NCBI GenBank assembly: GCA_963737655.1 | Contig: CAVTTN010000002.1 | Coordinates: 5,184,001 to 5,248,000, forward strand | DNA length: 64,000 nucleotides | Direction: 5' to 3' | DNA from: an uncultured Planctomycetota bacterium | GTDB lineage: Bacteria; Planctomycetota; Planctomycetia; Isosphaerales; Isosphaeraceae | Shown here: positions 21,731 to 33,018 of the stretch, one piece after another | Position numbering within the stretch: the stretch's first letter is position 1 | How the letters are laid out: each line of letters starts with the position of its first letter | Notes under the pieces: generated by a model | The model's database searches: none | What the model was told of the DNA's origin: nothing | What the model saw: only the letters and a program-made list of their open reading frames with translations | Made by a program: the position numbers and the translations under genes

Positions 21731-23367
21731 TCACCCGCCCATCAAGCCCTTGAGCGAGTTGATCAGCCCCGAGGAGATGGGGTTGGAGGAGCCTCGGTTC
21801 TCGTACAGGTTGGAGACGAGGTCCATGCTGACGAACGCCAGGAGGATCATGAAGAGGGTGGCGACCCCGAGGAACCCGACCCAGAGGCCACCCCACTCGG
21901 GGTTGTCGGTCCGGGCCGAGAGCAGGGTGCCTCCGGCGGCGGTGCGGCCTCCGGCGGCCACGGCGGCGGCGGCCGGCGCGGCGGTCGCGGCGGCGGAGGT
22001 CCGGCTCGGGGAGGTCTCGTCCGATTCCACGTCGCCCCAGGCGCTGTCGGTCTCTCCCGAGACGCCTTCGCCGCCGAGGTCCGAGAAGCCGTCGTCCTCG
22101 TCCTCGTCCAGGCGGGCCGGGCCCATCGCCGTGGCGGCGTTCTCGTCCACCTCGTCCTCGTCGAGGGCGAAGACCTCCGAGCCCGACTCCCCTTCGTCCA
22201 GGTCGAAGTCGCTGGCCGCTTCGAGCTGGACGGTGCGGTCATCGCTGGAGCTGTCCAGGGCGTCGACCTCGAAGTCGGTGTCCTCGAAAATGTCCTTCTC
22301 GCCCTTCTTGATGGGCAAGGCGGTGGCCGAGGGGTCCAGGGCGCTGCCCTTGACCGGCAGGGCGGTCTCGGAGGAGGCGTCGGCCTTCTTGGCGGCGGCG
22401 GGCTTGGCCGCCGGCTTCTTGGTCGGGGCCGGCTCGTCCTCGTCCAGAGGGGCGAGCTCGATCGAATCGGCCGCGCCGAAGTCGAATCCGCCCACTCCGC
22501 TGAGGTTGATCCCCGAGTCGCTCGGCCGCCCCAGGTTGATCCCGGAGGTCGAGGGCTCGGCCCCGGTCACGTCGGAATCCGACGGGCCCGGGGCGACGGC
22601 GTGGCGTCGAACTCGTCGCTGGCGTCCAGCGCGGTCAATTCGAAGTCGCTGCCGGATTCGGGCTGGAGGGCGTCGATCACGCTGGAGGGCGTGAGCTCGA
22701 AATCGCTCTCGGAGCGGTCCTGGGCGGCCTCGACCTCGTCCGAGGAGCCGATCATCGGGCTCTTGCGGAGCGTGGTGGCGCCGGGGTCGGAGGCCGCCTC
22801 GACGTCCTCCTCGGACTGGATCTCGTCGTTGACCAGCGTGACGTCGGAGTCGCTGGGATAGCGCGTCCCGCCGGACATCGGCGACGAGGAGAGCCGGACG
22901 TCCGAATCGCTCGCGCCCTTGCCCGGCTGGTCCGGGACGAGCCTGACGTCGGAGTCGCTCGGCCTCTTGCCGGCCGGCGGCTTCATGCCGATGATCGTCG
23001 AGCTGGAGCTGGCGCCGGCCGGGGGCAGGCTCATGTCGTCCAGGAGGATGTCGTCGTCGGTCGAGCCGTGCGGTTCGCTCGCCCCCTTGGTGCCGCCCTC
23101 GGCCACGCCGAGCTGGAACTCGGAGAGCAACGCCTCCTCGCTGCCGGAGCCCGAGGGGATCTCCAGGTCGAGGTCCGAGAGCGAGAGGTCGGGGTCCGAG
23201 CCCATGCCCCGGCGGCGGGCGAGCTCGTCCACATCGGGCTTGCGGAACCGCCAGGAGCCGCCGTCGAGGAAGGCGCGGACTTCCCTCTGCTGGGCCTTGA
23301 GCTTGAGCTCCTCGGCGCTCATGCCGAGGACCCGAGCGGCCTCTTCGAGGGTGTAGAACTCAGCCAT
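21731..23367 (-). CDS. HTH (excisionase-like) protein with long acidic disordered region and C-terminal TM helix (frameshift near 22590)
   Basis: FYTLEEAARVLG...WRF HTH; repeated SDSDV motifs; C-terminal hydrophobic helix; the two ORFs join with one indel. Confidence 0.75.
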
Positions 23368-23505
23368 GGGCGGGGACCTCCTCGGTCGAGATCGGCCCGG
23401 ATCGCGAGGGGTCCGGCCGTGGGGTGCGGAAGGGAGTGTGGGAGGGGGACCGCTCGTCCCGTCCCGAGATCCACCACCGAGCCGCCCCGGGCCGACCCCT
23501 CCGGC

Positions 23506-23881
23506 TCATTTGCCCGGACGGGAGGAGCCGACCATCGACTCGATCGAGGCGACGTCGGGCGGCTGGTTGTTGTACTCGGCGAGCTTCAGGTCCCAGCGAT
23601 ATTGACGGGCGGCTTCGAGCTTGACGGACCCCTTGGGGTTCTGGGGATCGACCCGGTAGACGGCCAGGGCCTGCGCCTTGGTGTCGATCACGTAGAGGAA
23701 CTGCCCCGAGCCATTGCCCGCGGCCGAGGTGAACGCGATCGTCCCGGACGCCTCTCCCGAGCCGGGCCCCTGCCAGGACCGACGGGGCCTGACGCGCGCC
23801 GACGGCCCACATCAGGGCCGCCCCCGCGATCAGTCCGACGACCGTTTGACGCCCGAGGCCCGTCCATCGTTCGCCCGCCAT
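23506..23881 (-). CDS. Small conserved planctomycete protein (frameshift near 23770)
   Basis: N-terminal TM (VVGLIAGAALMWAV); C-terminal LYVIDTKAQALAVYRVD...LEAARQYRWDLKL. Confidence 0.6.
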
Positions 23882-24195
23882 GTCGCATCCTCCCTGATTA
23901 TAAAGGGGGAATCTCCCGAGTCTCCAGGAGATTTCCGCCGAAGGCCGGCCGCACAACGCGGCCCGCCACCCGGACGGTCCACCGATCGTCTCCAGCTTAC
24001 CACACCGAATGCCGAAGAGGGCCGCCGCGATCCAGGCGAAAAGACGGGATGTCCGACGTGTCCTGCCCATCTTAATGCGCGGCCCGGATCGGGCAAGGGC
24101 AAAGCGAGACGTCGCGTGCAGGAAATGCACCGAGTGAGATGGAGGGCGTGTCCAACCCAACCCGCCAACCCGGCTCGCCCGGCATCTTCGAGGGT

Positions 24196-24567
24196 TCAGG
24201 GCATCGGCGAGCCCACGGCCCTTTCGATCTTGTCAAGCCGCTCGACGACCTTCGAGGTGGCCTCCTCCATCGCCTCGACCCGTAGGCTCAGGGCCGACGC
24301 ATGCCAGGATAACCAGAGGGCGCTGCCCACGAGCGTCACCAGGACCGCCGCCGAGAACGCCCCGAGCCGGCGGAGGAACCCCAGTTGGGTCTCGATCCGG
24401 GCCCGAAATCCCGCGAAATCCTCCCGAAACGCCGCGAACTCCGCGCGAGACGCGGCCAGGTCGCGGCCCAGTTCCTTGAAATCGGTGGAGAGGCTCTCGG
24501 TCGTCGGTCCGGGCATGGCGGGAGTCGTCTGATGCGGTTCGAGGTGTCCTTCCGTTATCTTCTCCAT
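24196..24567 (-). CDS. Small coiled-coil membrane protein
   Basis: Heptad region plus one TM helix; the start may be the later Met (MPGPTT). Confidence 0.55.
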   Translation of the reverse strand: MEKITEGHLEPHQTTPAMPGPTTESLSTDFKELGRDLAASRAEFAAFREDFAGFRARIETQLGFLRRLGAFSAAVLVTLVGSALWLSWHASALSLRVEAMEEATSKVVERLDKIERAVGSPMP

Positions 24568-24766
24568 CGAACAGAGACGGGATCAAGGGGTTCGATCGTC
24601 GTCCCTCCGCCATCCCCCGACAAAATGTTTGATTTTGCTTGAAGACCCCGGCCGACCTCGGTTATGGTGACTCTGGATGAACGCCGGATGAAGTTCCCGA
24701 ATCGTGCACGCTCGCCTCGCCCTCCCGCCTTCTCGCCCGCCATTCGGTTCCGTTTTGACTGAGGAG

Positions 24767-27250
24767 ATGCCCATGCCCGCACTCGCGATCCGCCGGCGAG
24801 TCGCCCGGCTGGCCTGGCTGGCCTTGATGGTCGTCCCGGTCGCGCCGGCCCTGGCGGCCCCGCCCGACGACCCGGCGGCCCTCCTCGGCTCGCCCGTTTC
24901 CGTCGTCGTCGAGCCCGGCGATTCCTCGCTGGTCGGACCCCGGGCGACCCGCCAACTGATCGTCACCGGCAAATACGCCGATGGCTCGGTCCGCGACCTG
25001 ACCCGCGCCCTCCGCTGGACCAGCCTCAACCCCGAGATCGCCGCGGTCTCGCCGACCGGCCAGGTCACGCCGAAGGCCGACGGCCCCGCCACGATCGTCG
25101 CCAGCGGAGGGAGCGTCGAAGGCCGCGCGATCGTGACGGTCCGCGACTCCGGCAAGGTCGTCCCGGTGAGCTTCCGCCGCGACGTGATCCCCGCCTTCAG
25201 CCAGGCCGGCTGCAACATGGGCGCCTGCCACGGCACGCCCACCGGCAAGGGCGGCTTCCGCCTGAGCCTCCGCGGCTACCTGCCCGACCAGGACTTCGTC
25301 ACCCTCACCCGGGACGCCGCCGGCCGCCGGATCGACCCGATCAACCCGCCCGACAGCATGGTCTTGCGAAAACCCCTGGGCGAGCTCCCCCACGAAGGCG
25401 GCCTGAAGCTCGACCGCACGACGAAGACCTATCAATATCTCCACGACTGGATCGCCGAGGGCGGCAAGGACGACCCCGCCGCCCCCGTCGCCGTGAAGCT
25501 GGAGATGCTCCCCGGCTCCCGCGTCCTGAACGCCCCGGCGAAGACCCAGCAGGTCGCCGCCATCGTCCACTACGCCGACGGCACCTCGCGCGACGTCACC
25601 CCGATCTGCTACTACAACTCGTCCAGCCCCGAGATCGGCGACGTGGACCCGACCGGCCTCGTCACCTTCAAGAACAAGGGCGAGGTCGCCATCATCGCCC
25701 ACTATCTCGACCTCGTCGCCAACGTCCGGTTGACCCATCTCGTCGAGGTCCCCGGGTTCGCGGCCGTCGAGGTCCCGGGCGATAACCCCGTCGATCGGGC
25801 CGTCTTCGCCAAGCTGAACCGGATGCGGATCAAGCCGTCCGAGCCCTGCTCCGACTCCGAGTTCATCCGCCGCGCCTACCTCGACGCCATCGGCGTCCTG
25901 CCGAAGCCCGAGGAGGTCCGCCAGTTCCTCGCCGACCCGTCGCCCGACCGCCGCGCGAAGCTCGTCGATGGACTGCTGGAGAGGCCGGAATATCTCGATT
26001 TCTGGACGTTGAAGCTCGCCGACGTCCTCCGCTCGAACGGCCGGTTGATCCAGAGCAAGGGGACCCACGTCTTCAACCGCTGGATCAAGGCGAACCTCGC
26101 CCGGAACACGCCGATGGACCGGTTCGTCCGCGACCTGCTCACGGCCGACGGCTCCACGTTCCGCAACCCGGCCGCGAATTACTACCGGATCAGCCGCGAC
26201 CCGGAGAACGCCGTCGAGACCACCGCTCAGCTCTTCCTGGGCGTGCGAATCCAGTGCGCCAAGTGCCACAACCACCCGTTCGAGCGCTGGACCCAGGACG
26301 ACTATTACGGCTTCGCGGCGTTCTTCTCCCGGGTCAAGCACAAGGACGGCGACCTGCCCGACGAGGAGGTCGTTTTTTCCAGCACCGGCGGGGACGTCCG
26401 CCAGCCCCGGACCGGCCAGGTGATGAAGCCCAAGGCCCTGGGCGGCCCGGTCTTCGACCCGCAATCCTCCCCGGGCGACCGCCGGGCGCAATTGGCCTCG
26501 TGGCTCACGGGGCCGGACAACCCGTTTTTTGCCAAGAGCCTGGTCAATCGCGTGTGGTTCCACCTGATGGGCCGGGGGATCGTCGAGCCGGTGGACGACT
26601 TCCGCGACTCCAACCCCGCCTGCAATGACGAGCTGCTCGACGGCCTCGCCGCCAGCTTCGTCAAGAGCGGCTACGACCTCAAGGCGCTGATCCGGACCGT
26701 CCTGACCAGCCGGACGTATGGCCTGAGCGCCCGGACCAACGACCTGAATACCGACGATTCGCTCTACTTCAGCCACGCCCAGACCAAGCTCCTGCCGGCC
26801 GAGGTGCTCCTGGACGCGATCTCCTCGCTGACCGGCACCAGCACGCCGTTCGACGGCCTGCCCAGCGGCACGAGGGCGACGCAGATCCCCGACGGCAAGA
26901 TGGAGAACCCGTTCCTCAAGACCTTCGGCCGCCCGGCCCGCGAGCTCGCCTGCGAATGCGAGCGGGAGAGCGACGCGAACCTCTCGCAGGCCCTCCAGTT
27001 GATCGGCGGGGCGACGGTCAACGGCAAGCTCCACGACGACACCGGCCGGATCGCCCGGATGGCCAAGGACAACACGCCTCCGCAAGAGGTCGTCCGCGAG
27101 CTCTACCTGACCGCCGTGGCCAGGGAACCCAGCTCGACCGAGATGGAGGTGGCCGTCGGCCACATCACCGCCAACGCCGACCGCCGCCAGGCGATCGAGG
27201 ACGTGGCCTGGGCCCTGATCAACTCCAAGGAATTCCTCTTCCGGCATTGA
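24767..27250 (+). CDS. DUF1549/DUF1553 protein with Ig-like domains
   Basis: GCNMGACHG, FIRRAYLD.IG..P, CAKCHNHPFERW, NRVWFHLMGRG, WALINSKEFLF; GAGGAG RBS. Confidence 0.92.
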   Translation: MPMPALAIRRRVARLAWLALMVVPVAPALAAPPDDPAALLGSPVSVVVEPGDSSLVGPRATRQLIVTGKYADGSVRDLTRALRWTSLNPEIAAVSPTGQVTPKADGPATIVASGGSVEGRAIVTVRDSGKVVPVSFRRDVIPAFSQAGCNMGACHGTPTGKGGFRLSLRGYLPDQDFVTLTRDAAGRRIDPINPPDSMVLRKPLGELPHEGGLKLDRTTKTYQYLHDWIAEGGKDDPAAPVAVKLEMLPGSRVLNAPAKTQQVAAIVHYADGTSRDVTPICYYNSSSPEIGDVDPTGLVTFKNKGEVAIIAHYLDLVANVRLTHLVEVPGFAAVEVPGDNPVDRAVFAKLNRMRIKPSEPCSDSEFIRRAYLDAIGVLPKPEEVRQFLADPSPDRRAKLVDGLLERPEYLDFWTLKLADVLRSNGRLIQSKGTHVFNRWIKANLARNTPMDRFVRDLLTADGSTFRNPAANYYRISRDPENAVETTAQLFLGVRIQCAKCHNHPFERWTQDDYYGFAAFFSRVKHKDGDLPDEEVVFSSTGGDVRQPRTGQVMKPKALGGPVFDPQSSPGDRRAQLASWLTGPDNPFFAKSLVNRVWFHLMGRGIVEPVDDFRDSNPACNDELLDGLAASFVKSGYDLKALIRTVLTSRTYGLSARTNDLNTDDSLYFSHAQTKLLPAEVLLDAISSLTGTSTPFDGLPSGTRATQIPDGKMENPFLKTFGRPARELACECERESDANLSQALQLIGGATVNGKLHDDTGRIARMAKDNTPPQEVVRELYLTAVAREPSSTEMEVAVGHITANADRRQAIEDVAWALINSKEFLFRH

Positions 27251-27253
27251 AAA

Positions 27254-27402
27254 CGGGGATTGAACCGCCAAGCCGCCAAGAGCGCCAAGGACAGAGAAGA
27301 GGAGAGGAGATGAGAATAGAAGAGTTTCAAACTCTCTTCTTTCCTCCTCCTCTCCTCTTCTCTGTCCTTGGCGCTCTTGGCAGCTTGGCGGTTCAATCCC
27401 CG
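27254..27402. repeat. Palindromic CGCCAAG-arm element (copy 2)
   Basis: Inverted arms CGGGGATTGAACCGCCAAG...CTTGGCGGTTCAATCCCCG, directly after the DUF1549 stop. Confidence 0.9.
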
Positions 27403-27548
27403 AGCAAATCGATCATGATCGGCAAACGGCCCCGTCTGGCATTGCCTTTTTTCCAACCCGGGCCGAAAATGCCGAGGCCCGGAGACACCCCGCATGAGGC
27501 GGGGCCGATCCCGGGGCGATGACAGGCCGGCAAGGAGGCTCGGAGCCG

Positions 27549-28988
27549 ATGGCACGATGGTTCTTGGATCGATCCGCGACGAGGGGCATCCCGTCCGTCG
27601 CCCTCCGCCGCCTCCTGCCCGAGGCCGACTTCCTCGGCTGCCGCGACCTGGAGGTCTCGGGCCTCTCGGCCGATAGCCGCAAGATCGAGCCCGGCCAGGT
27701 CTTCGTCGCCGTCCGCGGCGATCGGTTCGACGGCCACGATTACGTGCGGCTCGCCGTCGAGCGAGGCGCCGTGGCGGTGATCGTCGAACGCGAATGCCCC
27801 GAGGCCGGCACCCCTCAGGTCGTCGTCGGCGACGCCCGGGCTGCGCGAGCGAAGATCGCCCACGCCCTGGCCGGCTCGCCCTCGGAGTCGATGGCCGTCT
27901 TCGGAATCGTCGGCACGAAGGGGAAGACGGCCACGGCCGCGTTCCTCCGCGCGATCCTCGAACGCGCCGGCCTCCGCGTCGGGGCGATCGACTCGCTCGG
28001 CTGGTCCGACGGCGTGAACGGCTACCCCCCGCGTCCGAGTGCCCCCGACGCCCCCTCGCTCGCGCTGATGCTCGGCGCGATGGCCGATCGCGGCTGCGGC
28101 GCCGCCGTCGTCTCGCTGCCGGCCGAGACCCTGCGCGACCGCTCGGCCTCCGGGATCGCCTTCGCCTCGGTGATCGTGACCGGGGCCGACGACGCGACCC
28201 GCCCGGACCTCGCGAGGATCGTCCGCCAGGTCGTCCCCGGAGGCTCGGTGATCGTCCCCGAGGACGACGCGACGGCCGAGCTCCTCGGCGCCTCGAACCT
28301 CGTCGCCAGTCGGGTCGGCTTCGCCCTCGGGTCCCCCGCCGACGTCTCCGGCTCGGCCTCGTATCGAGGGCTCGACGGCTCGCGAATCCGCCTGAGCGGC
28401 CTGGACGACGCCGACCGCTTCGCCGACCTCCGCCCGATCGGCGACGACGCGGCCCGAGCGGCCGTCGCGGCCTCGGCGGCGGCGAAGTCGCGAGGGATCT
28501 CGGCCGAAACGATCGTCGCGGGCCTGGAATCGGTCGTCCGCCTGGCCGGGAGGCTGGAGCCGATCGTCGAAGGCTCGGAAATCCCGGCCTTCACCGACCG
28601 CTCGCCCGACGGATTTCGGCTCGCCGAAGCCCTCGAAACGCTCCGATCGCTCGGGACCGCCGAAGGCCGAATCCACTGCATCCTCGCCGCCGACCCGGGC
28701 CTCGACCCGAAGACGATCGCCGGCCTCGTCCGCTCGGCCGAAACCCTCGCCGATCGCCTGGTGCTAACCCTCAGCCTCGCCGCGACGGACGCCCACGCCC
28801 TCGACGCCTACCAGAACCTCATGAAGCGTCCCGGACGGGTCCGGGTCATCCCCGATCGGTCCGAAGCGATCGAGGCCGCGATCGCGCTCGCCCGCCCCGG
28901 AGACGCCCTCCTGATCGCCGGAGACGCGCCCCGCCCCTGGCCGATCTCGCGGGTCCGCACGCCGACCTCCAGGCGGCTCTCGGCCTGA
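27549..28988 (+). CDS. Mur ligase family protein (MurE-like, divergent)
   Basis: DSRKIEPGQVFVAVRG...DGH N-domain, GTKGKT P-loop, GRLE, DRSEAI..A...A.PGD C-domain. Confidence 0.8.
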   Translation: MARWFLDRSATRGIPSVALRRLLPEADFLGCRDLEVSGLSADSRKIEPGQVFVAVRGDRFDGHDYVRLAVERGAVAVIVERECPEAGTPQVVVGDARAARAKIAHALAGSPSESMAVFGIVGTKGKTATAAFLRAILERAGLRVGAIDSLGWSDGVNGYPPRPSAPDAPSLALMLGAMADRGCGAAVVSLPAETLRDRSASGIAFASVIVTGADDATRPDLARIVRQVVPGGSVIVPEDDATAELLGASNLVASRVGFALGSPADVSGSASYRGLDGSRIRLSGLDDADRFADLRPIGDDAARAAVAASAAAKSRGISAETIVAGLESVVRLAGRLEPIVEGSEIPAFTDRSPDGFRLAEALETLRSLGTAEGRIHCILAADPGLDPKTIAGLVRSAETLADRLVLTLSLAATDAHALDAYQNLMKRPGRVRVIPDRSEAIEAAIALARPGDALLIAGDAPRPWPISRVRTPTSRRLSA

Positions 28989-29241
28989 GGCCGTGGGCCG
29001 CCGATCCCGATCATGACGGGATGAGCGGTTCGTGGCGATCGCGCGGACCGATCCCGAACCGATCGGGTGGGAGGGGGCCTCGCGGCCCCCGTCTTCCCAC
29101 ACCAGCGGAAGGACGGACGATGTGACGGTTCCTTCCCGCCGGTCAACGTCGGGGCGAGGCGAGCCATCCCGAGCGACTCGAATCCGCGTTGCCCCATCGA
29201 CAGAGATCGGCGGACCCGCACCGCCCGAGCAAGGTCCGTGA

Positions 29242-29760
29242 TTAGCGTGGTCCGGTAGGATCCTCCCCCAGCGACGCGAATTCGGGGGCGTACCTCACGA
29301 GTCCGGCCCCGAGGGGAACCGCTCCGGGCCGCAACTCGACAACCTGAAACGCCGCACCACCGCCGTACTCGTCGGACAGCCCCCAGCCGGAGGCCGGCCC
29401 GAAGCCGAACCGAGCATAGAAGGCGGGATCGCCGAGCACCACCACGAATCCGACTCCGGCCCTCTCGCAAGCCGCCAGCCCCTCTCGGATCAGACGAGCG
29501 CCGACCCCGTGCCGGCGCCGGCTCGGCAGCACCGCGACCGGCGCCAGCCCCGAGCCGATGGCGGAGCCGGCGGACACCGGGCTGAAGGCGACGTGCCCGA
29601 CCACCTGCTCAGCCACCTCCGCGACCAGGGAGACGGTCAAACGGCCGGAGCCGCGGAGAGCGTCCACCAAGCGAGCCTCCGCCCGCGTCGGAAAGGCTCC
29701 TTCGTGGACGGCGCGGATGGCCTGAGTGTCCGCCGGCCGTTCCGGACGCACGTCTGTCAT
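29242..29760 (-). CDS. GNAT family N-acetyltransferase (YhbS-like)
   Basis: EARLVDALR, VVGHVAFS, LAPVAVLP..RRHGVG, VLGDPAFYARFGF. Confidence 0.92.
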   Translation of the reverse strand: MTDVRPERPADTQAIRAVHEGAFPTRAEARLVDALRGSGRLTVSLVAEVAEQVVGHVAFSPVSAGSAIGSGLAPVAVLPSRRRHGVGARLIREGLAACERAGVGFVVVLGDPAFYARFGFGPASGWGLSDEYGGGAAFQVVELRPGAVPLGAGLVRYAPEFASLGEDPTGPR

Positions 29761-30035
29761 CCCGGTGCCCCCCCGCCTGACGCCTGAGACAAGGGACATC
29801 ACCAGATATTGCCGCAATTCGGGGGATCTGGCTAGATCGGTCGTTGGCCCTCTGTTTATCCCAGATCCCCCGATAGCGGCAATCAATATCTCGTGATGTT
29901 CCTTTTTTGTTGACTTCCCCACTTTTCGGTCGTTTCCCCTCGATCCCTCCGGTGCTTCCAGGGTCCGCTCTCGCGGACCCTGCAAGAACTTAAGAATGTC
30001 CCGAGGGGTGGGCCGACGGCCCCCCGGCCGCTTCC

Positions 30036-30617
30036 CTAGCCCCCGGGGAACGCCTCGTAGTTGAGGATCTGGGGTGGACCGTAGCGCCCCTTCATGAATG
30101 CGACGAGGAAGCGCGTCCCCCTCTTCTGGAATTCGGCCACCGACCCGATCCGGTATCCGAAGAGGGGGTCCATCATGCGGAGGTCCCACCCGTCCTGCTG
30201 GTCCGGGCGGATGCCGTAGACGCAGACGGCGTGCATCATCGTGTCGCTCGAATTGAACAGGACATAGAGAGGACTCCAGGTCAACGCATCCCAGAAATAA
30301 TCCTTCGTCATGGCCGAGGAATTCTGCCAGTCGTCGTAGTCCATCCGCACGTCGGGGTGCTCGGTGACGTCGTCGAGCCGGCCGAGGTCGAGGCTGCCGG
30401 CCTTGGCGTCGTCGGACGACGATACCTTGGTGAGGGAGGCGCGGAACGTGCCCAGGACCCACTTGATGTCGACGTTTCGTACCCTCGCCGCGCTGATCCA
30501 ACTCGCCAGGGACGCCGCCCAGCAGACGCTCCGGATGTTGCCCGCCTCATCGCTCTGGGTCACGAGCTTGGGCGTGGGGACCCATTCCAGGCCGCCATTC
30601 TGGCGATTCAGTGGCAT
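30036..30617 (-). CDS. Papain-fold cysteine peptidase-like protein (C39-like/C70)
   Basis: Q...CWAAS, HAVCVYG and MDP motifs in catalytic order; GGAGG RBS. Confidence 0.7.
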   Translation of the reverse strand: MPLNRQNGGLEWVPTPKLVTQSDEAGNIRSVCWAASLASWISAARVRNVDIKWVLGTFRASLTKVSSSDDAKAGSLDLGRLDDVTEHPDVRMDYDDWQNSSAMTKDYFWDALTWSPLYVLFNSSDTMMHAVCVYGIRPDQQDGWDLRMMDPLFGYRIGSVAEFQKRGTRFLVAFMKGRYGPPQILNYEAFPGG

Positions 30618-30894
30618 GATGCCCGCCTCCACCGGACCATCGGGACGGCCCGGCCGTCTCGCCGGTGGCGGAGGGGGGCCGACCGGGTCATCCGAGGGCG
30701 GTTCCACCTCCTCTTACGAAAGAGCCGACCAGTCTTCCGCGCCAAAGGCCGCCATGCCCTTAATTCTTGCAGGCCGGACGGAAGAAATGGGAAGAAGAGG
30801 GGACATCATGGAATGGCGGGAATTTGAGCCGCAAGTCGTTTCTTTCGTTGAACTCGCGCCTTGCATCGGAGCACGTCGGCGATCGAGCGGGCCG

Positions 30895-31087
30895 GGCGAG
30901 CGTGTTGCCGCTAGCGCCGGACAGCCCGGACTTCGACCCGATCCAGGAGATGTTCTCGAAGTTCAAGGAATTCCTGCCACGGGTCGGTGCGAGGGCCGAA
31001 GAGCACCTCTACGATGCCATCGGAGACGGGCTACGAGAGGTCACGCCCCGGGATATCCTCGGTCGGTTTCGGCACGCCGGACAGTGA
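30895..31087 (+). pseudogene. IS630-family transposase C-terminal remnant
   Basis: [22 protein letters not shown]...[12 protein letters not shown]...FRHAG is a degenerate LPPYSPDFNPIE..FSK.K motif; no N-terminal part. Confidence 0.8.
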
Positions 31088-31481
31088 GTCATGCGAGCGT
31101 GAACCGCTGTCGGGGAGTGGCCTGATTCCCTGTTCCATCCCCTTTCCGTCCTCCTTTCTTCCGTCCTTCCGCCGCCTTTTCCCCGAGCCTTCCCGCCCCC
31201 TTTTCTCCCCCTCGGTCGCCGCCCTCCGTCCCTCGCGCCCGAGCCGGATGGCGGAAAAATCGCAGGCGATGGCGATTTCCTGTCCACATCGAGCCCCCGG
31301 CCGAAGGTCGATCCTCGTCCCGATATCCAATCTGGGCAAGGACTTCGGAAAATCCGACGTCCGGGGCATGGTTCGTGCGAACGGTGGGGCTCGCCGGTCC
31401 GGCGACGACCTCGGGACCGAGGCCGGCGGTCCCGAAGCCGATCATCCCAGGGACGTTTCACCTCAGGAGAGTTCCGTCATC

Positions 31482-32480
31482 ATGAGGAAGCGATCTCGCT
31501 CCGATCCCGGTCGAGGGCCGCGAGACGGATTCACCCTGATCGAGTTACTGGTGGTCATCTCGATCATCGGGGTCCTGATCGCGCTGCTGCTCCCGGCGGT
31601 CCAGGCCGCCCGCGAGGCCGCGCGGAGCATGCAGTGCAAGAACAACCTCAAGCAGCTCGCCCTCGCCATGCACAACTACGAGAGCGCGAACAATTGTTTC
31701 CCGGCGGCGAGGCCGTCCAGCTCCCCGAAATTCGGCCACATGGTCCCGATCTTCGCCTACGTCGAGCAGGGGGTGCTGTACAACTCGTTCAACACGTCGC
31801 TCCCCGACGGCTTCGCGGACCTGGGCAACCAGACGGTGACGAATACGAAGCTCTCGGTGCTGCTCTGCCCGTCCAATCCGGTGGACAAGCCGAGCAACCT
31901 GCGGCAGTCGAGCCACACGGGGAGCGCCTACGGGGCCTACATCACCGCCCCCGACGGCACGATCCTGACCGGGAGGACGATGGATTACTGGGTCAATCAC
32001 GCCATCAGTTCGGCGACCTACACCCTCCTCGGCTCCGGCACGACGCCCAACCCGAGCCTCGCGGGGACCGCCCCCTCGGTGGCGATGGTCACGGACGGCC
32101 TCTCGACGACCACCCTGATCCTGGAGCACGCCGGCTACGATCGCCACTATGTCAAGGGGGTCGGCATGCCGATGCCGGAGACGGACCTGACGCTCGACCA
32201 GCCCGGCTCCTGGGGGATCGTGACGGGCTGGTGCTCGTTCACGGTCCAGGGCTACCCGGAATACATCCCATCGACGTATCCGGCCGGCACGGCGAACGCC
32301 CCATCGGGCCTCGCCTGCGCCATCAATTGCAACAATTCGCAGGGCGTGTTCGGCTTCCACCCCGCCGGCGCCCATGCCGCGATGGGGGACGGCAGCGTCC
32401 GGCTGCTCTCCTCGACCATGTCCGTCCGGACCTTGATGTCTCTGGTGAGCCGCGATGGCGGGGAGATCGTCCAGGAATGA
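31482..32480 (+). CDS. DUF1559 prepilin-like protein with H-X9-DG motif
   Basis: [56 protein letters not shown]. Confidence 0.95.
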   Translation: MRKRSRSDPGRGPRDGFTLIELLVVISIIGVLIALLLPAVQAAREAARSMQCKNNLKQLALAMHNYESANNCFPAARPSSSPKFGHMVPIFAYVEQGVLYNSFNTSLPDGFADLGNQTVTNTKLSVLLCPSNPVDKPSNLRQSSHTGSAYGAYITAPDGTILTGRTMDYWVNHAISSATYTLLGSGTTPNPSLAGTAPSVAMVTDGLSTTTLILEHAGYDRHYVKGVGMPMPETDLTLDQPGSWGIVTGWCSFTVQGYPEYIPSTYPAGTANAPSGLACAINCNNSQGVFGFHPAGAHAAMGDGSVRLLSSTMSVRTLMSLVSRDGGEIVQE

Positions 32481-32938
32481 CCTCCTCAAGCGAAGCCAGG
32501 GCCGGCCGGCGGCCGGCGCGTTGGGTCCTCGCCGCCTGGGCGGCCCTGGCGCTCGTCGCCCCGGGCTGCGGCCCGCGGACCTGCGTGGTCTCGGGGCGGG
32601 TCCTCGTCGACGACCGGCCGGCCGAGGGCGTCTACCTCGTTTTCCGGACGATGGGCAAGGACGCGGGACCCCAGGATTCCGGGACGGCCCGGACGGGCGA
32701 GCAGGGCGGGTTCTCGCTGGTCGTCCGCGAGCCCGGGGAAGCGGCGATCACCGCGTTCTGGCCCTCGGTGAAGCTCGTGGACGACGAGTCCGTGGAGGGG
32801 CCTGACCGCTTCGGCGGCCGTTACGGCGACCCGAGGCGCCCGGTCGTCACGGCCACGTTCCAGGAAGGGAACAACCTTCTCCCCGACATCTCGCTGCTCG
32901 GGGCCAAGCCCGGGCCCTCAAGGCGAGATTCCCGCTAG
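32477..32938 (+). CDS. Lipoprotein with carboxypeptidase-regulatory-like beta domain (typical DUF1559 partner)
   Basis: Lipobox [18 protein letters not shown]...T...G.F; ATGA overlap with the DUF1559 gene. Confidence 0.8.
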   Translation: MTSSSEARAGRRPARWVLAAWAALALVAPGCGPRTCVVSGRVLVDDRPAEGVYLVFRTMGKDAGPQDSGTARTGEQGGFSLVVREPGEAAITAFWPSVKLVDDESVEGPDRFGGRYGDPRRPVVTATFQEGNNLLPDISLLGAKPGPSRRDSR

Positions 32939-33018
32939 GAGCGTCCCTCATCCGCGCGCGGCGCCCGCTGGCCTGGGCCGCTCGCATTCGCAGGAATCCT
33001 CAACATCGAGGGCCCCCC

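Noticed and set aside
21731..24567. Prophage (excisionase-like HTH plus small membrane genes)
   Set aside because: No integrase, terminase, capsid or tail genes, and no att repeats seen.
30767..31087. Active IS630 element
   Set aside because: Only a mutated C-terminal fragment remains, with no full DDE domain or identifiable terminal repeats.
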